64,000 nt of DNA, from NCBI RefSeq assembly GCF_009914755.1, contig NC_060926.1, one strand, 5' to 3'. Positions 56,495 through 64,000 of the stretch are shown in pieces (position 1 is the stretch's first letter; the number at the start of each line of letters is the position of its first letter). Both the position numbers and the translations under genes were made by a program. Under the pieces are notes generated by a model, which saw nothing but the letters and a program-made list of their open reading frames with translations, was not told where the DNA came from and ran no database searches. This DNA is from the human T2T-CHM13v2.0 reference genome, Homo sapiens.

Positions 56495-58430
56495 CATTTA
56501 TTGTTTTCAACAAATATTTATTGAGAATTTACTAGGTACCAGATTACCCTAGACACTTGGGTCATCAGCAAACCAGACAGTAATTCTTGCCCTTGGGAAG
56601 CTTACATTCTGGTGAGGACAGGCAGACAGTAAACATAACAAATAAGTATATTATAAAGTAGGGTAGTAGTTGTTAAGTGCAATGAAAAAAAAAAAGAATA
56701 GAGAAGAGGTATACAGAGGACAGGAAGTTGGTGGATACGTTGCAATATATTAAAATAGGAGAAGAGGTGAGAAAAGGCTGGAAGGCCATAGGGAGTCAGC
56801 CAAGTTCATAGACAGAAGATGGTTTCAGGCAAAGTGAACAGCTGGAGCAAAGGCCCAAAGGCAGGAACATATCTAGCATATTTGAGATGCCGCCTCAGTG
56901 TGGCTAGAAAGGCCTGAATGAAAGGGAGAGTAGTGGGGGACAGTATCAGAGAGTTAACAGAACACTGGCTCATGAAGGGCCTGCGGGTCATTGTCTGGAT
57001 TTTGACATTTTAATTTGAGCAAAAGGGTGTAATCCCACAGCTTTAAGCAGAGAAGTGACATGATATGATGTTACTTCTAAAAGGGTCACTCTGGCTGTTT
57101 TTGTTGAGAGTAAACCATGCAGGGACTACAATGATAGTATGGAGCCTCATTGGAGAATCAGAATAATCCAGGCTATATGCTTGAACCAGGCTAGCAGCAG
57201 TGGAATGGGGAGAGAAATGTTATGTTTTGGAGCTAGTCTGAAGGTAAAACCAACAGGATTTCCTAATGAGTTGAGTGTGGAATGTGGCAGTTAGAAAGAA
57301 ATAAAAGGTGACTACATACAAAGTTTTTGGCTCAAGCAACTGGAAAGATGATGTTGCCATTATCGTAGATGTATAATTATTGGTGAAATATGTTTGGGAA
57401 GGAAGATTATTTCAGTTTTGGACTTGTTAAATTTGAGATATCTTTTAAATATCCAAGTGGTGTTGGAATCATTGCATCTAAGAGTGTGAAATTCAAGAGA
57501 AAAGTCTGCTGTACCTGTAGATTGGGGAGCCATGAGCTTCTAGATAGTATTTGAAGCCATAGGTCTTATTGAGGTCATCAAGAGGGTATAGATGGAGAAG
57601 AGAGTAAGGCCCTGGAGCCCTCCAACATTAAGAGGTCAGAGGAAAGAGGAGGAACCAACAAACGAGACTGAGAAGAAATGACCAGTGAAGGGAGAGAAAA
57701 ATGATCAACTGGGTCAAATGCTGTGGATAGATTAAATAATCTAAGAACTGATCATTGACCACTGAATTTAGCAACGTAGAAGTCATTGGAGACCTTGATA
57801 AGAGTAGTTTCAGTAAAATGGTGGGGACAAAGCTTGATTGTAATGGTTTAAGTGAAAAAATAGAGAATATGTTTATGCCCAATACTTTTGATATATTTTG
57901 CTGAAAGGAGGAACAAGGAAATGGGATACTTGGTGAAGGCAGTGAGATCAAGAAAGTGATATGCTGGTAAGTATTTAACAACCAGCTCTCTGGCAAAAAT
58001 AAAAATTTTAAAGAAATTTTGAGTTGTAGCTTTTGCCAATTTCAGTAGTGCAAATTCTCCTATTATGGCTGATTTTACTGAACACAGAGTTGAGAAGAGT
58101 TGGGCACAACTGGCTTTCAAGGGCTGGAGTGAGCCAGCTCCAGGACACTACTGGGTAATAGAAATTTTGTTTTGTTTTAAAATGAAAGAAAAAAGTAGTT
58201 TGTATATCTTAAAGGGACGAATTCAATAGAGATTTAAAATTTGATGATCTAAATAAAAAAGGGGGTGAATTTCTGGTTGAAATTTTCCATAGTAGGCGAG
58301 ACAGGATGTGATGCGGTGCACACAGAGGGATCAGCTTTAAATAGAAACCTGTATAGTTCATCTTTGTTAATAGTGGGAAAGCCAAAGAATATAGTGAGTA
58401 TTCTGTAGGTTTTTTGGTGACAGGAGCCTC
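56495..58430 (-). mobile_element. Long L2a fragment interrupted by a MER63-like MITE
   Basis: caacaaatatttattgag at the 3' end; gagcaaaggcccaaaggcagga, ggagccctccaacattaagaggtcag, gaccttgataagagtagtttcagt. Confidence 0.85.
57955..58153. mobile_element. MER63-like hAT-Blackjack MITE nested in L2
   Basis: agtgatatgctggtaagtatttaacaaccagctctc...ccagctccaggacactactg. Confidence 0.72.
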
Positions 58431-59208
58431 ACTGTTTATTTGTATGGAAGAGAAACCCACCTAAAATAAATTAAGCCTTTAAAAATAATGAATATTTGGA
58501 AAGATATAGTGATAGCTCAGAAAACCTAATGGGACTAACTGTAGTTGAGCCTCATGAGGAAACTTACGTCTTTGTTCTTAAGTTTTAGACATATCCTTCT
58601 CTATCTCTAGAGACTGAATTTCTTTCCTTCATTTTTGCATGTTCCAAATTCGGCTTCCCTGTTCAAGTGTCCAGTAGAGAGAAGCAAACTGCAGATAAGA
58701 GAACCTGTTACCTAACTTGTGTCAGTCTCCACCTGTGGTCCAATCAGCTTATATCAAGAGGGCAGGAGCTACTGACCAGTTAGCAAAGAAGATTCATTTT
58801 AGGGGAATGGGGTGGGTTCTCTGGGCAGGATAGGGCTAAGGATGAAAACATAGACATCTTCAATATGGTCATTAACAGTTTGGGGAAAGTATTGAATGAA
58901 TGAATATCTTCTGTGTCATGCTTTTTTTATTCATTTATGTATTCATCAATTAATTATTTATGAGCTACTATGTGCCAATCATTGTGGTATACAGTGGAGC
59001 TATGAAGATGAATAATTCTTCTCCCTATCCTAAGAGCATTTCCATTTTTCTAAGGTGTTTACAGTCTTCCTCAGTATGAAAATGATAGTGGTGATAGCAC
59101 TGGTTGATTATGTCTTAAAGATCAAATATTGAAAACATTTTATACAAACATTAGTCATTAGCCCAAAGACATCACGTACCTACAAGGCATTTGTTAAAAA
59201 TCATTTAT

Positions 59209-59534
<326 letters not shown>

Positions 59535-60696
59535 TTATTGCCATCTTAATCTCTTATTAAAAAATGAATTATTTTTGGTAATTTTTTTATAGTTGGTTTC
59601 ATAGGTTGTTTTTTTGTGAGAAAAGGAGCATGAATTCCTTGCTTTCATATGCTAAAAAAGTTATATTACCTCATGCTGATATTTAAAATAATTCATTTGT
59701 GTTTCATATTAGTTTTTGAATCATCTAACATATGTACATTGTTAAAGGCTTAAACATTATAGGAGAGAATGAAATTAAAAGTTAACATAACATCTAGCTC
59801 CCTGAGCTCTTCTTCCTTAAACCTTCTAGTCTCACTTCACCGAAAGAAATACTGCCAACATTTCTTATGTAGACTTTGGGAAACGTTTAATGTATATTTA
59901 AGATATTTATACACATATAGTACGGTCCTAACTTAGGATTGAAAAGCACTTGGCATTTGTTCTTTGAAATTCCCTGCATATATTTCTTCTTTAAAAATAC
60001 TTATGTTATTGGATAAGAAATAACGAATCCCAACTTTTCCTCCTGAACAGACCTGAGACAGAGATCCTAAGTAGCTGAATTTCATCTTGTAATACTAATC
60101 CCATTTTACTGAATTGTGTTTCAGAGAAGTTTGTCACTTGTCCATGCTCATATAATTAACAAATGACACAAGTGAGATTCAAAACCATGCTCACATTATA
60201 CTGGACTCTACTGTCTTCCAAATATTCTTGCCTCTTAATGATAAACAACTATATTATTTCTTCATGAATTTTTAAAAAATGTTATTTTTCCAAGCTTTTG
60301 CAAATGCCTGTTAATAACAGAGGTGTCACCTTTGAAATATTATGCTCTTTATGGCAATGAAAATAACTGCAAGCTTAATTTTTTAATTTAAAAATTTTTA
60401 TGTTTCCATAAATGCAGAACATTTTGCAATTCAGAATCCTGGATCTGATTATTTCGAAAAAATGTATTGGGGCTGTTTTCCTGAAGGATACTTTACTTTT
60501 TCATGTGGTCTTTGGTTGCCAAAGTAGGTTGACAGATTCCCTCTCGTACCTTCCTATAAGAACAGCAGCAGGTGGTGGTCTTGGAAAGAGGGGATGCATA
60601 TTTTTAAGCATTTTTTAAAGCCAAGTATTCTGGCAAATAATTTCTCTCTTGGCTGAATACTTGAGCCCCAGCTTTGATATGTTTGTTCTCTCTAAA

Positions 60697-60740
60697 AACA
60701 ACAACAACAACAACAACAACAACAAAGCACACACACACAC
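60697..60740. repeat. (AAC)n followed by (AC)n microsatellite
   Basis: Directly visible. Confidence 0.95.
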
Positions 60741-60998
60741 AAAAACCAGTATCCTCTAATTCCTCTATTTAAGGCTGGAAAATAGAATAGAACCTTAGTA
60801 TCCTTCAATAAGAATTCTGTAATTTTCATTGCAGGTAGAGAAAAGATGGAAGGGAGTATAGCTCTTCAGAATTTGTCCTTATATGTTCTAATCTGTAGAT
60901 GATGGGAATCTACAAAGCCCATCATCAGTAAATGATTATTTATTTTTGAATGAGCTGTGTTGCCAGACATAACATTTTTTTTACTATCTGTGTTTCTT

Positions 60999-62867
60999 TT
61001 TTTTTTCACAATAAAATTTTATATTCATCCACAAAAAAACATCTTGCAACCTTCGGAAATTGTAGAAAGAAAACAGTGGGGAGCATATCCTTGTGGAGCG
61101 ACTCTGGTTGTAACTGGTGATTAGTATTTTGGTCTTTTGACTTCAACCCCATCAGCTTCCATCTTCTTCCTCTTCTCAATGATTGCACTAATCTTCCACT
61201 GGCAATCGAGCGCTGCTTTGTCATTGGTTTCCTTGAAGCGTCTGGTTTTCCGCCCTTCAGACATTTTGATACCATACTGGAATGCAGCCTTGGGCAAAGC
61301 CTCTTTGTTGTTCATATACTCGCTGTAGTCTTCCTGGGTATCAAAGTCCCAACGGCTTAAGGTTCTCTTCTTGTTACCCTGGTCCATTTTGCTATAATCC
61401 ACCTCCTCATCACTATCCACAGCCATGTCATCCATCGTGGCTGGATAGCACTCTGCATAACTGTTGGACATGCCAAAGAAATCTCTCAGCTGCTTTTTGT
61501 CTTCTGCAATTTTCAGCGATTCTGTGCCTTCCCAGCCAGCAGACCCAGCAAACTTTTCATTGATGGACTTGATCAACTCCTTGGCCGACCCAGGTCCTTT
61601 GTCAACGTCCACGGACTCATCATGTACTTTTGGCTTCTCAAAGTAGCTGTGTCTCTTCTTTTCCTCTTCTCTCTCTCGGTCCTGCTCTCACTCTCGTTCC
61701 CGATCTCGTTCTCGTTCCCGATCTCGTTCTCGCTCCTGATCTCGTTCTCGCTCTCGCTCTCGGTCACGGTCTCTGTCTCCTGATCACGCTCCCGTTCCCG
61801 ATATCTCTCCCGCTCCTTGTCCCAAGGTGTCTTGATTGTGGAGGGTGTATAATCCCCAATGTCTTCGAAAATACTCCTGTCAGCCTCAGCAGGTTTCTTC
61901 TCTTCCAGCTTCCCTTTATCCTTCTTCTTAAGCTTCTTGTTACGGGTTCCCTGCCTCAGGTATGAAAGCAACTGGGTAAGCTTGCTAATGACAATATCAT
62001 TTGTGGTCAGTATGGTCTGGGCCTCCATGGTGGGGCAGTCAACCTTGCTGCGGATAAGAGTGGTGGGGATATCTGTGTCAGCTTACTCATCATCCAGGCC
62101 TACCACATAGGCCATGCGGCCCGGCAGGAACAACTCATTCCGCTTATATGCTTGTTCTTAAAAAGCACTCGGTAAACATTGCGGCCCAGACGTGTTTTAA
62201 ATTCAATTTTATTTTCAGGATCCTCATCTTTCTTGGTTTCTTTCTGGGGCTTTTCCATCAGTTCCTCTTCCTCTTTCTCTTTGCTGGCAATCTCAGCTCG
62301 TACCTTTTGAAGCAGAGCAAAATCCAAGCCTTTCACCAAATGGGTGTGTTCCATGTCACCACCCAAGAATTTGGACTCCTGGATCAACTGTCTTCTCTTC
62401 TCTGCAGCTGATTTGTCCGCCTTAGTAGTGGGGCCAACAGCCCTGTAGTTAGCTGTGGTGTTGATAAGCTCGGTTTCTTCATAATCTTTGTTCACTCCAT
62501 CTCTCCGTTCCTTGGCACGACCCCGGTACTTCTCTGCTAGCTCTCTCTCTCTCTCAATTTCTTGTTGGCGTAGCTTAGCATAATAACTTTTCTTTTTCCT
62601 CCTTCATGCAGCTGGGTCTTCATCCTCATTGTACTCCCTTGGCATCTCATGGTGACGTGACTTAGAAGGTGGTGCAGAGGTAGGTGCAGCCCTGGGGGTC
62701 ATGAGAAGTTTCCTGAAGTCTTCATTGGTGAGTTTTGATTGGTGGAAGGAGTGAGGATCATCCACATCGTGGCCATCAGGGGCCAAAGGGTTGGAGAACG
62801 GCTCACTATCTCGCTCCGGCATTTTGTTATCATTCTTCCGCTGTCATCAACAATCGAGTCTCCAACC
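60999..62867 (-). pseudogene. IKP1: Full-length processed pseudogene of IK (protein RED, spliceosomal SMU1 partner)
   Basis: Intronless; ORF pieces MPERDSEPFSNPLAPDG...KRPKY* match IK from ATG 62822 to stop 61121; CGA>TGA at 62604-62606, frameshift near 62150, TAA at 62083-62085, frameshift in the RE/RD repeat near 61780; poly(A) 60997-61006; TSD TACTATCTGTGTTTCTT at 60982-60998 and 62868-62884. Parent identity is firm; the locus symbol is recalled. Confidence 0.95.
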
Positions 62868-64000
62868 TACTATCTGTGTTTCTTGTAGTTATATTTTTAT
62901 TTGTCTGTCTTTGGATAAGATGCTGAGATCCAGTTTTCTTTTGGAAACTTAGTTGTCTGCATGGTAAGGAAAATGTGCCTGTCTTAATAGTTAATGATTA
63001 AGCTATTAATCTGGGGATATAAAAAATAAAAACCAATAAAATTTCATCAGTGATGTGGGAAGTGAAAATATCTGTTAGGTAATACAGAGATTGAACAATT
63101 TTAACTTTGTTTATTGGCCACACATTCCTTTCCTCCCTCTGACTTAGCTGATACGCTCCTTCCTTTATCTTCCCAATGAGTCGGCCACATTTATTAAGAG
63201 CCCACCATATTTTAAACGCAATGTATGTGCTGAGGGTAAATACAAAATAACCGGAAAATAAGGATAATTAGCTGGAGGAATTTATAATCTAGTTTCCTTT
63301 TTTTCCCCTTTGCTTTTCCCACTCAACCTCTTTCTTTGTTTTATTCCATTTAATTTTTCATTCCTGGGGTCTGCAAGCATTCTATATGACTGCCACATTC
63401 CCCTTTTTCTTTTATGTGCTCTTTATTTCATTCAGGAATACAGTTCAGGAATTTTCATTTGTAACTTTTTTTTAACATATGCCAGTGCTATATGACTATG
63501 CCAAATAAGTAAGATTATAAATATTTTAAGACAATTTTATAGGTGTTCATAACACTATAGGTATATGTAAAGATGTGTAAAAATTATATATGTATAAAAT
63601 CCTGAAGGGCTATGGATAGCTATGTGTTTCAATAATTGAAATAAACATTTATATATACTCTATGTTAAAATGACCAAATTAAGTGGTATTACTGATTAAA
63701 CATATGTAGTTGTTAATATATATTTATCCTTAGCCATTTTGATTACAGTTAATTTTAGGGACTAATTACAATAACGTTTGACAGCTTTAATTAGACCCCA
63801 TCCAAAAGTGCTGGGTCAACATGGATAAATAATTCTGAAAATACTCTTGATACACTTACAAACCTATAGGAATTACTGCTAAGACTTTGTCTACACTTAG
63901 CATTTCAGCATCCTATTTTCATTTTTACCACTAAAATTCCTTAAATCTGTTTTTGGTGGTTGACGGAAGAACTAATGTTAAGTAAAATAATATATCGTTT

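Noticed and set aside
61121-62822. Functional full-length IK retrogene
   Set aside because: Premature stop at codon 73, further in-frame stops and two frameshifts

Overview
Primate (Alu-, AluY- and L1-containing; human or close catarrhine relative) genomic DNA with no intact protein-coding gene. Most of the window is interspersed repeats: old L1M/L2/MIR, MaLR LTRs, hAT MITEs, about 14 Alus and a full-length Tigger1 carrying three nested Alus. Two non-repeat landmarks stand out. (1) An orphan CpG-island promoter (~28.5-29.9 kb) with a Z-DNA tract, a + strand first exon ending in a perfect GTAAGT donor, a strong-Kozak ATG opening a 35-codon ORF that runs into that donor, and a (CTG)10 repeat between C-rich and G-rich tracts. 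(2) A full-length processed pseudogene of IK (protein RED, a spliceosome factor) on the - strand (60999-62867) with poly(A) and a 17-bp TSD. From memory this combination matches human 2p16.1 (5' end of LINC01122 with IKP1 in its intron); that assignment is recollection, not verified. The most unusual structures are a ~1.1-kb foldback element inserted into a MIR and a CpG-decayed palindromic repeat array. I see no clear evidence of a wholly new biological system; the findings are candidates. Repeat subfamily names are by eye and boundaries of old repeats are approximate.
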